Shown here: positions 9,553-18,461 of the stretch, one piece after another
How positions within the stretch are numbered: position 1 is the first letter of the stretch
Layout: every line of letters begins with the position of its first letter
The notes under the pieces: model-generated
Told to the model about the DNA's origin: nothing
The model's input: only the letters and a program-made list of their open reading frames with translations
Database searches by the model: none
Translations under genes and position numbers: made by a program
Assembly (NCBI GenBank): GCA_017533425.1
Contig: JAFXIE010000104.1
Location: 1-58,794, forward strand
DNA from: Clostridia bacterium
GTDB taxonomy: Bacteria > Bacillota > Clostridia > Oscillospirales > QAMX01
Reading direction: 5' to 3'
Length of the DNA stretch: 58,794 nucleotides

Positions 9553-10785
9553 ATGCGTGATTTTTTTCTTAAAAATGATCGATGGATTAAGATTGCTTCC
9601 GTGGTGCTTGCTATTGCCTGCTGGTTCTTTGTCATGGGCATCAACGACCCCGAAATTGAGATGACCATCCGCCGCGTCCCCGTCAATTATATCGGCGAGG
9701 GCGGCATTGCGGTGGATTATAACTATCAGATCTTCTCCGGCCGTGTTTCCACCATCAATGTCACCGTTTCCGGTGCCCGCAGCAAGCTGCTGGGCTTGAA
9801 GAGCTCGGATATCATCGTCAATGTCGATGTCAGCTCGGTGGATTCTGCAGGAACCCATGTCATTCCGTGTGATGTCAAGCTTCCGATGGATGATATTTCC
9901 CTTGTACGGGATAAAAAGCTTTCTGTATCTCTCTTTATTGATGCCCTCAAGGAGGTCGAGGTTCCCGTTGTTGCCCAGATTCAGGGTTATCCTGCGGAAG
10001 GTTGCACCCTCGGCGCGGCAAAGCTCTCTCCCTCCACCGTTAAAATCAGCGGCCCCTCCACAGAGGTTATGAATATCTCCAACGCCCTTGTGGATATCAA
10101 GACCGGCACCATCTCCGAGAGCTTCTTCGGCGAGTATTCCTACAGCCTTGTCAATCATGACGGTTCGGAATTTGTATCCTCCTACGCAGTGAAGAAGACG
10201 GGCAAAATTTCCGCCACCGTCCCCGTGCATATTACAAAGACCGTACCCCTTGCCATTTCCCTGCATGAGCTTGGAGCCCTCTCTCAGGATAATATCTCCG
10301 TCAATATCACCCCGCGGGAGATCACCCTGGCCGGTGAGCGCGCGGCGCTGGATTCCATCGACTCCCTTTCCCTCGGAAATGTCAACCTGACCGATATCAC
10401 CGATTCCGGCTACAAAGCCACCCTGCCCATCAATATCCCGGAAGGTATCGTCAATGTCTCGGAAATCACCGAGGCGGATGTCAATATAGTGCTGAAGAAC
10501 ATTACAAGCAAATCCTTTACCGTCACCCGGTTCAGATTTATCAACCAGCCGGAGGATAAATCCGCCACGGTGCTGGAGCGCGAAAAGCAGATCACCCTGC
10601 GCGGAAGCGAGAGCTTCCTTGCCTCCATCTCCGATTCGGATATCTGCCTGGTGCTGGATCTGTCCGGTTATGCAAATTCCACCGGTAAAAAGAATGTTCC
10701 GGCCGAGATCGTGGTGGATGACACCGCCGGCGGATTCATCCCTGCGGCCACCTACCGGATGCCCGTCCGCATCGACGCAAAATGA
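9553..10785 (+). CDS. cdaR: YbbR-domain protein, CdaA regulator CdaR
   Basis: 410 aa with an N-terminal TM segment and repeated YbbR-like beta-rich modules. Starts 3 nt after the cdaA stop. Confidence 0.8.
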   Translation: MRDFFLKNDRWIKIASVVLAIACWFFVMGINDPEIEMTIRRVPVNYIGEGGIAVDYNYQIFSGRVSTINVTVSGARSKLLGLKSSDIIVNVDVSSVDSAGTHVIPCDVKLPMDDISLVRDKKLSVSLFIDALKEVEVPVVAQIQGYPAEGCTLGAAKLSPSTVKISGPSTEVMNISNALVDIKTGTISESFFGEYSYSLVNHDGSEFVSSYAVKKTGKISATVPVHITKTVPLAISLHELGALSQDNISVNITPREITLAGERAALDSIDSLSLGNVNLTDITDSGYKATLPINIPEGIVNVSEITEADVNIVLKNITSKSFTVTRFRFINQPEDKSATVLEREKQITLRGSESFLASISDSDICLVLDLSGYANSTGKKNVPAEIVVDDTAGGFIPAATYRMPVRIDAK

Positions 10786-12371
10786 TTCTTACCGTCAGCG
10801 ATATCCGAACCTCACCGGAGGCAACCTCCGCTGAGGTCGTCGAGATTGCCCGGCGCAGAGCCGGTCTTTCCCGCAGCATGGAAGGCGCAGTTTCCCGCCG
10901 CTCCGTGGATGCAAGGCGGGGCAAGGTGGAGCTGGTTTGGTCCGCGGCATTTACCCTGCCCCAGGGCGCAAAATACCGCGCAGGCGAGCATATCCGCATC
11001 ATGGATGAGGAATATATCGATTACACCTGCGGCCGCAGAGAGCTTTCTCTGCGGCCGGTTGTCGTTGGCTTTGGCCCCGCAGGTATGATCGCTGCCCTCA
11101 CCCTTGCGGAGGCGGGCTTCCGCCCCGTTGTGCTGGAGCGCGGCGGCGATATTTCTGATCGTGATGCCTGTGTGGAGCGATTCAACCGCGAGGGCATTCT
11201 GGATGAGGACTGCAACATCCAGTTCGGCGAGGGCGGTGCCGGAACCTACTCCGACGGAAAGCTCAACACCGGCGTCAATTCCCCCCTGTGCCGGGAGGTT
11301 TTGCGCATTCTTGTGCGATTCGGTGCGGATCCGGATATCCTTGTATCCGCAAAGCCCCACATCGGCACCGACGCGCTGAAGTCGATCGTTGTATCTATCC
11401 GCAAGCGTATTCTTGAATGTGGAGGAGAAGTGCGCTTCCGCACGGCTCTGCGTTCTTTGCGGATGAAAGATGGCCGTTTATGCGCAGTTCTGACCGATCA
11501 AGGCGAGATTCCCGCCTCCCACTGCATACTTGCAACCGGCCACAGCGCGCGGGATCTATTCCGACAGCTCTTTTCCGACGGAATCTCCATGGAGGCAAAG
11601 CTCTTTTCCATGGGTGTTCGCATCGAGCATCTGCAGGCCGATATCGATACAGCCCTTTACGGCTCCTACGCCGGTCATCCGGCACTCGGCCCGGCGGATT
11701 ATAAGCTTTGGGACCGCACCGGACGCCGCGGGGTGTATTCCTTCTGTATGTGTCCCGGCGGAACGGTGGTCGCTGCGGCCTCCATGGCCGGCGGCATCGT
11801 TACAAACGGCATGAGTGACAGCCGCAGATCGGGAGAGAATGCCAACTCCGCCCTGGTGGTGGAGGTGCTTCCCGAAGATCTCTCCGACGGCCATCCGCTG
11901 GCCGGCCTGAAGCTTCAGGAGCAGGTCGAACGGGCGGCATTCCGCGCCGCAGGGGAGAGCTACCACGCCCCCTGCTGCCGCCTGTCGGATTTTTTAGAGG
12001 ATCATCTTTCCTCCAACGGCCCCGGCCGTATTCTGCCCACCTATTCCGCCGGCGTTTCCTGGCAGTCGGTTTCACCCTTTTTCCTGCCGGGGGCGGCTGC
12101 GGATCTCCGGGCTGCGATCCCGCGCTTTGCCCGTAGGATCCGCGGCTTTGATGCGCCGGATGCCATGCTGTGCGGGCCTGAAACGAGAACCTCATCGCCG
12201 GTGCGTATTCTGCGGGGAGAGAGTCTGGAATCGGGATCCTGCGCAGGGCTCATTCCCTGCGGTGAGGGTGCCGGCTATGCCGGCGGCATCACCAGCGCCG
12301 CAGCGGACGGCCTGCGCTGCGCCCTGCGCATCATGCGCGAGTTTTCACCCATCAAAGGAGAAGGAAAATGA
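10782..12371 (+). CDS. FAD-dependent protein (COG2509-like uncharacterised dehydrogenase)
   Basis: 529 aa. Dinucleotide fold VVGFGPAGMIAAL and the GEGGAGTYSDGKL segment characteristic of this family. ATGA overlap with the cdaR stop. Confidence 0.7.
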   Translation: MILTVSDIRTSPEATSAEVVEIARRRAGLSRSMEGAVSRRSVDARRGKVELVWSAAFTLPQGAKYRAGEHIRIMDEEYIDYTCGRRELSLRPVVVGFGPAGMIAALTLAEAGFRPVVLERGGDISDRDACVERFNREGILDEDCNIQFGEGGAGTYSDGKLNTGVNSPLCREVLRILVRFGADPDILVSAKPHIGTDALKSIVVSIRKRILECGGEVRFRTALRSLRMKDGRLCAVLTDQGEIPASHCILATGHSARDLFRQLFSDGISMEAKLFSMGVRIEHLQADIDTALYGSYAGHPALGPADYKLWDRTGRRGVYSFCMCPGGTVVAAASMAGGIVTNGMSDSRRSGENANSALVVEVLPEDLSDGHPLAGLKLQEQVERAAFRAAGESYHAPCCRLSDFLEDHLSSNGPGRILPTYSAGVSWQSVSPFFLPGAAADLRAAIPRFARRIRGFDAPDAMLCGPETRTSSPVRILRGESLESGSCAGLIPCGEGAGYAGGITSAAADGLRCALRIMREFSPIKGEGK

Positions 12372-12790
12372 ACGGTGTCGGAGATGTGATTGCCCTCAGG
12401 GAGGGCATGGCCGAGGTTATGGTCAAGCGTGAATCCGCCTGCGGTATGATGCACGAGGGCGGCTGCGGCGAGTGCCACGGCTGTGATTCCGCCCTGAGAA
12501 GCATTGAGATATGGATGGAAAACACTGCGGGGGCAAAGGTCGGTGACAGGGTCGAGTTTGCAAGCCCGTCGCGCAATATTCTGGTGCTTGCGCTGCTTGT
12601 ATTTGCGGTTCCTTTGCTTGTTATGGTCGGCGCGTATTTTCTTGCAAAGATCTGGCTGCCGGAACCGTATGCCGTACTGTGCTCGATTGTGTCTGCGGCT
12701 GCCTGGTTTGTGGTGCTGCGCATATTCGATCAGAAGCTCGGCGCCTATGGGAAATGTGAGATCGTGAAAGTTTTGGTCAGGCCTGAATAA
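12368..12790 (+). CDS. RseC/MucC (SoxR-reducing system) family protein
   Basis: 140 aa. N-terminal Cys cluster (ACGMMHEGGCGECHGC) followed by two TM helices. ATGA overlap with the upstream gene. Confidence 0.7.
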   Translation: MNGVGDVIALREGMAEVMVKRESACGMMHEGGCGECHGCDSALRSIEIWMENTAGAKVGDRVEFASPSRNILVLALLVFAVPLLVMVGAYFLAKIWLPEPYAVLCSIVSAAAWFVVLRIFDQKLGAYGKCEIVKVLVRPE

Positions 12791-12795
12791 ATATG

Positions 12796-12825
12796 AAAAA
12801 GCCCCGCCGGTCGGCGGGGCTTTTT
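12796..12825. terminator. Bidirectional intrinsic terminator
   Basis: AAAAA-GCCCCGCC-GGTC-GGCGGGGC-TTTTT, lying between convergent genes. Confidence 0.8.
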
Positions 12826-12829
12826 ATAA

Positions 12830-14482
12830 TCAGTTCCACAGAATTTTGCTGACGGTGCGCAGGCCGTCGGCCTCGGTATAGGTCAGGGTGAGCTGCGTTC
12901 CGGGGGAAAGGAAGGCAAGCTTATGGTCGGTGGTGATGGAGGCAAAGTAGAGGCCTTCGTCCCCATCCAGCTTGAAATAGTAACCGGTTGTGCCGGATAC
13001 AACTACGGGAGAAACGGCGGATACCGTGCCGGTGATTGTGGCATCGTTAAATTCCGGGGCTTCCATCTGCACATCCGACTGGCTGAGCTTTGCAAGGTAA
13101 TTCTTCTGTGCCTCGGCAACGGAAACGCCGGTGGCGACGATCTGGTATTGCTCCACATCAACAAAGGCGTACATCTTTACAAGCTCTGCGCTATCCTTAA
13201 GGCTTAAGAAGTAGGTGGGGCGGCCGGCAATATTCAGAAGAATGGGGAAGGTGGCAGTATATTTCAGGTTCTGCACCTGACCTTCGGCGGAGCTCATGGC
13301 GGAATACTCTTCGGCGCCCGGCACGGGGTAGAATTTCGTCGCCTTGGTGCGGAGATTTGTCAGAACAAAGCCGATGTTGGACTCATCGCTCAGTACGCTG
13401 GTGAGGCCGGTGTAGAGATAGACATCGTCGTTGATGGCAAGATAGTTGTATCCATCGGTGGTTGCAAGAACGCCCCTCTGACCAAAGATGGAATTGATAA
13501 AGCCGGAGCCGTAGAGACCATAGTAATTGAGATGCTCGATGACAAGGTCGGAGATACAAACCTGGTCAACCCAGCTGGGGATCTCGTCAAAGGGATAGAA
13601 CTTAGATTCGCCGGTAACGGCATTGACAAGCACCGCGCCGTCAATATTTTTGCCGCTCCAGAGCATGATTTCGTAATTGATGGTGGGTGCCACCCAGTAG
13701 GGGGCGCCGTTATCATCAATTTCAAAGGAAATTTCATCAAAGATCTTGGTGGGGTATTTGAAACGAAGGTATCTGTCAATATTTCGCATAAAATAATCGG
13801 CTCTGGAATAGCGAATGCCCTCCTCCAGGCGGACAAGGTTGGTTTCCTGGGTGACGAGGTTGACGGTGATGTAGGCGGGGATACCCTCCTTCATATTATA
13901 GAGCCACTTGATGGGGTCTGCATACATCAGCGGAGTTACGCGGGTGGGCGTTCCGCGGTAGTTGATCTGGGTGTAGTCCGATTCGATCTCAAACTGGGAG
14001 ATCATATCGGAAATCTCGCCGAGCTTGCGGCTGCCGAGGCGGATGGCCGTTGCCCGATCCACCACGGGGATGGAGCTCATGCCGATTTCGGCAACATCGG
14101 CGGTAAAATCGCCCTCTTCCACGGTGATGAGATCGTGATAGGCGCCGGCATTGAAGAGGGGGGCTCCGGCAAAGGAGATGAGTATGCTTGCAAGGATGAT
14201 GCCGATGATGAGACAGAGTGCGCCCTTGATGACGCCGGGAAGCTTTGCCACAGGGCCGGAATAATTCTGCCCCTTGAGCTTCATCTCAAAATAGCGGCCG
14301 ACCTCACGAAAATCGGGGGTGAAATTGATGAGCGTGATGAGAAGGATGGCAAAAACCAGGGTGGATCGAAACTCTGCGCTGGCAAGATTGATGGCAGGCA
14401 GCGTAAACCAGAATACGAGAAAGAGTGCGGCAAGCGTGATCAGAATGCGCACAATAACAGAGATAGGAGAGCGTCTAGTCAA
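12830..14482 (-). CDS. Conserved-looking membrane-anchored protein of unknown function
   Basis: 550 aa. Three predicted N-terminal TM helices, then a roughly 430-aa soluble region. I recognise no catalytic motif. Confidence 0.6.
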   Translation of the reverse strand: MTRRSPISVIVRILITLAALFLVFWFTLPAINLASAEFRSTLVFAILLITLINFTPDFREVGRYFEMKLKGQNYSGPVAKLPGVIKGALCLIIGIILASILISFAGAPLFNAGAYHDLITVEEGDFTADVAEIGMSSIPVVDRATAIRLGSRKLGEISDMISQFEIESDYTQINYRGTPTRVTPLMYADPIKWLYNMKEGIPAYITVNLVTQETNLVRLEEGIRYSRADYFMRNIDRYLRFKYPTKIFDEISFEIDDNGAPYWVAPTINYEIMLWSGKNIDGAVLVNAVTGESKFYPFDEIPSWVDQVCISDLVIEHLNYYGLYGSGFINSIFGQRGVLATTDGYNYLAINDDVYLYTGLTSVLSDESNIGFVLTNLRTKATKFYPVPGAEEYSAMSSAEGQVQNLKYTATFPILLNIAGRPTYFLSLKDSAELVKMYAFVDVEQYQIVATGVSVAEAQKNYLAKLSQSDVQMEAPEFNDATITGTVSAVSPVVVSGTTGYYFKLDGDEGLYFASITTDHKLAFLSPGTQLTLTYTEADGLRTVSKILWN

Positions 14483-14584
14483 GATAAAACCTTCCTTTCA
14501 AAAATCTGTGTTCTTCTTAATATTATACGCCGCATTCAGGAAAAGTCAATGTGCATTTTCCTCTGCTTTTTTGTGGAAATTCTC

Positions 14585-14613
14585 TTGTGTTTATCTCTCC
14601 TGAATGCTATAAT
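14585..14613 (+). promoter_or_regulatory. Sigma-70-type promoter upstream of the GH78 gene
   Basis: TTGTGT (14585-14590), a 17-nt spacer, then TGcTATAAT (14605-14613). Confidence 0.5.
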
Positions 14614-14618
14614 CTCTA

Positions 14619-14635
14619 TGTGCATGAAATGCACA
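14619..14635. promoter_or_regulatory. Perfect 7-3-7 palindrome (candidate operator)
   Basis: TGTGCAT-gaa-ATGCACA starts 6 nt downstream of the -10 hexamer. Confidence 0.3.
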
Positions 14636-14678
14636 GAAAATATATGTATTATTATGTTGGAATCGAGGTTGATTCACC

Positions 14679-17024
14679 ATGAATACCACCAGGCTTTTCC
14701 CGTCCTCCTATGATTTCGGCGAGGCGAAATGGATCGGCCGCGCTGCGGGAGAGTGTCCCTGCCGCGATGCCCTGGATCGGGGCGAGGTTTTCGGCCCCAT
14801 TGCGGCCGCTGCCCGCGATGCCGGCGTTCCCCGCTGCAATTCGCAGTATTTCCGCCGGGAAATTGATATTCAGAAGCATGTCAGACGCGCCACCGTCTAT
14901 ACCGTCGGACTCGGCTTTTATGAAATGTATATCAACGGCCGGCACGTGGGGGATAAGGTGCTGACCCCCTTCACCACCGAGTTCTCCAAGAAGATCCTCT
15001 ACGATGTTTACGATGTGACCGCCATGCTCACCCCCGGTAAGAACACCCTTGCCTATGAGCTTGGCGGCGGCTGGTTTGCCCCCGATCCCGAATTTTCCGA
15101 CTGGCGCTTCTTCTTCTACGGAAATCAGCGCCTTATCCTCTCCCTGGAGCTGGATTACTACGATGGCACCGTGGAAAAAATTGTCAGTGACGAGAGTTTC
15201 CGCCTGCATGACGGCCCTGTCACCTTCATGAGCATTTTTGCCGGCGAGAAGTATGATGCCCGCCTGGAGCTTCCCGGTTGGAACCGCAACGGATTTGACG
15301 ATTCCGACTGGGCGCAGGCTGTGGAGGTCGAGGCTCCCGGCGGAAAGATGCTTGAGAATATCTATCCCCCTGTTCGCCGCCTCGGCGTGGCATTCCCCCT
15401 GCGCACCTGGGAGATCGTTCCCGGCATGAAGGGATATGCCTTTGCCGAAAACCTCATTGGCTGGCTGCGCATCCGCGTGAAAGGTCCCCGCGGCGCGAAG
15501 ATCACCCTTAACCAATCTGAAAATCTCAATGCCGACGGAACCCTCAATGCCATGACCAACCGCAAGGCAAACAATGAGGATGAGTACATTCTCTCCGGCA
15601 ATGATATCGAAACCTTTGAGCCCACCTTCACCTGGCATAACTTCCAGTATGCCGCCGTCACCCTGTCCGATCCGGCCATTGAGATTATCTCCATTGAGCA
15701 GATCAATGTCCGCTCCGACATTCCCTTTGTCGGCAAGTTTGAATGCAGCGAGCCGGAGATCAACACCCTCCATGAGAAGTTCATGCGCACCCAGATGGAC
15801 TGCCTGATGGGCGTTCCCATCGACTGCCCCCAGCGCGACGAGCGCCTTGGGTGGCTGGGAGATGCCTATATCACCGGCCAGACCTGCGTGTATAACCTTG
15901 ATATGCGCTCCTTCTATATGAATTTCATGGAGGATATGCGTAATACCCAGAATGAAGCGGGCAATATTTCCCTCATCTGCCCGCGTCCCCACACCGAGCC
16001 CTCCTTTGACTGGACGGCGGGTTATCCCGTTCTCGCCATGTTCTACTACATGGCCTACGGTGATGATTCCATCTTCCGCGAGTATTTTGATTCCATGCAT
16101 GCCCTGCAGCGCTGCATCCGGGACGAGAGCGAGAATTATGAGATCGCCCGCGCCCGCAACGGCGACTGGATGAGCGTGATCGAGGGCTTTGTCCGCGGCG
16201 ATCCCGATTGCCTGACCGTTATGCTCTTCTGCTGGATCACCGATATTCTGCGCAAGGCTGCAAAGCGCATCGGCAGGGAAGAGGTCATTGCCGAGCTTGA
16301 CCGCGACTATGATGGCGCCCGCGCCACCTGCCTTGCCAAATATTACGACGCCGAAGGCAAGTTCTTCAAGCCCAACTCCCAGTGCGCCAATTCCCTTGGC
16401 CTCATGCTCGGTCTTTGCCCCGAGGGAGATGAGGAGGCGGTGCTGCGCGCGCTGCTTGCAAATCTTGAGGCCACCGGCGGCTGCTTTGACACCGGCATTC
16501 TCGGCACCAAGTTTGTGCTGGAGGCGCTGGAGAAATACGACCGTCAGGATGTCATCTACTCCCTCTTCATGCAGGACAAGTATCCCAGCTGGAGAGAGCT
16601 GCTCTCCGGTCGCTCCACCCTGCCTGAGAAGTGGAACGGCGGCGGCTCCGGCTGCCACGCCATGTTTGACGTGGGCGATTCCTACTTCTACACCACCCTT
16701 GCCGGTCTGCGCATTGACCACACCAAGGAAACGCCCATCAACTTCAAGCCCTGGCTTGCGCCCGATCTTACCTATGCCCGCGCAGAGCTTGACACCGTTC
16801 TCGGTCTTGTCAAGGCAGGCTGGATGAAGTCCGGTGATGACTATATCATCAATGTCACCGTTCCCGAAGGCCAGTGTGCCACCTTTGAGGTGCATAAGGA
16901 CTATGCCGACCGCATTGTCTGCGTCAACGGCAGACGGAGCCTCGAGCGCAAATTCCGTCTCTATGGTGGTGAAAATGTCATCTATGTCACCGATGACGAG
17001 CGCTACGTCCGCTATAATCTGTAA
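14679..17024 (+). CDS. Alpha-L-rhamnosidase (GH78)
   Basis: 781 aa. N-terminal FYEMYINGRHVGDKVLTP and catalytic-domain signature PIDCPQRDERLGWLGDA. No signal peptide seen. Confidence 0.85.
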   Translation: MNTTRLFPSSYDFGEAKWIGRAAGECPCRDALDRGEVFGPIAAAARDAGVPRCNSQYFRREIDIQKHVRRATVYTVGLGFYEMYINGRHVGDKVLTPFTTEFSKKILYDVYDVTAMLTPGKNTLAYELGGGWFAPDPEFSDWRFFFYGNQRLILSLELDYYDGTVEKIVSDESFRLHDGPVTFMSIFAGEKYDARLELPGWNRNGFDDSDWAQAVEVEAPGGKMLENIYPPVRRLGVAFPLRTWEIVPGMKGYAFAENLIGWLRIRVKGPRGAKITLNQSENLNADGTLNAMTNRKANNEDEYILSGNDIETFEPTFTWHNFQYAAVTLSDPAIEIISIEQINVRSDIPFVGKFECSEPEINTLHEKFMRTQMDCLMGVPIDCPQRDERLGWLGDAYITGQTCVYNLDMRSFYMNFMEDMRNTQNEAGNISLICPRPHTEPSFDWTAGYPVLAMFYYMAYGDDSIFREYFDSMHALQRCIRDESENYEIARARNGDWMSVIEGFVRGDPDCLTVMLFCWITDILRKAAKRIGREEVIAELDRDYDGARATCLAKYYDAEGKFFKPNSQCANSLGLMLGLCPEGDEEAVLRALLANLEATGGCFDTGILGTKFVLEALEKYDRQDVIYSLFMQDKYPSWRELLSGRSTLPEKWNGGGSGCHAMFDVGDSYFYTTLAGLRIDHTKETPINFKPWLAPDLTYARAELDTVLGLVKAGWMKSGDDYIINVTVPEGQCATFEVHKDYADRIVCVNGRRSLERKFRLYGGENVIYVTDDERYVRYNL

Positions 17025-17034
17025 TTCAGACCCT

Positions 17035-17064
17035 CACGGCTCCGGATGCCAATCCGGGGCCGTG
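17035..17064 (+). terminator. GC-rich hairpin between GH78 and trkA (possible terminator without a U-tract)
   Basis: CACGGCTCCGGA-tgccaa-TCCGGGGCCGTG, a 12-bp stem with one G-U pair. No T-run follows it. Confidence 0.3.
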
Positions 17065-17090
17065 AAGCTCAAAACCCAGGAGATTCGGTT

Positions 17091-18446
17091 ATGAATATCA
17101 TCGTTCTCGGTAACGGAAAGCTTGGCTTTGCCGTTGCCGGTAAGCTTTGCGAAGACAAGCACAATGTCACCGTGGTGGATCGGTACGCCGAGGCACTGCG
17201 TCCCTCCGAGCTGAAGCAGGATGTCATCACTCTGCAGGGAGATGCCATGGATGTCAGCGTGCTTACGGATGCCGGCGCTGCGGATGCGGATCTGGTTATT
17301 GCTGCCATGGGCAGCGATGAGCAGAATATCGTTGCCTGTCATCTTTGCCGGAAACTCGGTACAGGCGCAAGCATTGCCCGTGTGCGCTCCCCGGAGATCG
17401 CGAAATCCCTGCAGCTCATCCGCGAAGATATCGGCCTGAACTTTGCCGTCAATCCCGAGCAGTCCACCGCATCGGAGATCAGCCGAATTCTCCGTTTCCC
17501 CAGCGCCACCCATATTGAATTCTTCTCCCGGGGCAGGGTAGAGATCGTTGAATTCACCGTCCGGCAGAATTCCCGCCTCATCGGCCACAAACTCAATGAG
17601 CTGCAGGCGCTGACCGGCGTTCGTACCCTCATCTGCGCCGTTCAGCGCGGTGACGAGGTCTTTATTCCCCACGGTGATTTCACCATTGCCGAGGGTGATG
17701 TCCTCAGCATCACCGGAACGCCCAACACCATTGCCACCTTCTTCCGCAAATCCGGCCGCATGGATCAGCGCGTACAGAATGTTATGATCATCGGCGGCGG
17801 TAAGGTTTCCTATTACCTTACCCGAATGCTCATCGATGCCGGCATGACGGTGAAAATCGTCGAAAAAGATCGACAGCGCTGTGAGGAGCTGGCTGCGGCC
17901 TGCCCCAAGGCATTGGTCATTGAGGCCGACGGCTCCGACCATGATGTCCTCATTGAGGAAGGGGTCGACCAATCGGATGCCCTGGTGGCGCTAACGGGAA
18001 TTGACGAGGAAAATATCGTCACCTCCATGTTTGCAAATACCCGCAGCATACGAAAGGTTGTGGCAAAGATCAACCACATTCCCATGAGCCATATCATGCG
18101 CCAGTCGGCCATTGAATGCATCGTAACCCCCCATGTCATTTCCGCGGCGCAGGTGCTGCGCTATGTCCGCGCCATGGAGAATAAGCAAGGCAGCCATATG
18201 ATCGCCCTCTCGCGCATTGCAAATGATCATGTTGATGCCATGGAATTCCGTATTCACAGCGGCTTTGATGGGCTGAACATTCCCCTGAAGGAGCTGAAAA
18301 TCCGCAAGGGCATCCTCATCGCCTGCATCATCCGCAGCGGACGGATCGTTTATCCCGGCGGTAACGATGCAATTTTAGATGGAGATTCCGTGATTATCGT
18401 CTCAAGGAGTATGCCAATCTCCGAGATCAACGACATTCTGGCATAA
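17091..18446 (+). CDS. trkA: Trk potassium uptake system NAD-binding subunit TrkA
   Basis: Start ATG 17091 (MNIIVLGNGKLG). Two RCK/NAD folds (IVLGNGKLG and IIGGGKVS) with TrkA_C-like segments. Confidence 0.9.
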   Translation: MNIIVLGNGKLGFAVAGKLCEDKHNVTVVDRYAEALRPSELKQDVITLQGDAMDVSVLTDAGAADADLVIAAMGSDEQNIVACHLCRKLGTGASIARVRSPEIAKSLQLIREDIGLNFAVNPEQSTASEISRILRFPSATHIEFFSRGRVEIVEFTVRQNSRLIGHKLNELQALTGVRTLICAVQRGDEVFIPHGDFTIAEGDVLSITGTPNTIATFFRKSGRMDQRVQNVMIIGGGKVSYYLTRMLIDAGMTVKIVEKDRQRCEELAAACPKALVIEADGSDHDVLIEEGVDQSDALVALTGIDEENIVTSMFANTRSIRKVVAKINHIPMSHIMRQSAIECIVTPHVISAAQVLRYVRAMENKQGSHMIALSRIANDHVDAMEFRIHSGFDGLNIPLKELKIRKGILIACIIRSGRIVYPGGNDAILDGDSVIIVSRSMPISEINDILA

Positions 18447-18461
18447 GGCAGGGAAGAGGCT

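Noticed and set aside
14652-16895. A 747-aa ORF antisense to the GH78 gene, and similar very long antisense ORFs: 442..1521, 3785..5623, 13532..14713, 22264..23610, 24162..25061, 31525..32364, 32222..33175, 34387..36228, 36725..37663, 39028..39945, 41249..42595, 44939..45919, 49885..51366, 51511..53079, 54095..55822, 56448..57317, 57655..58578.
   Set aside because: Their translations are low-complexity Gly/Ala/Asp/His-rich strings with no motifs. Each lies opposite a gene with clear family signatures. Long stop-free antisense frames are expected in GC-rich coding DNA.
17025-17090. c-di-AMP (ydaO/kimA-type) riboswitch upstream of trkA.
   Set aside because: The intergenic region is only 66 nt and holds a single simple hairpin. 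That is far too short for the pseudo-two-fold ydaO architecture.
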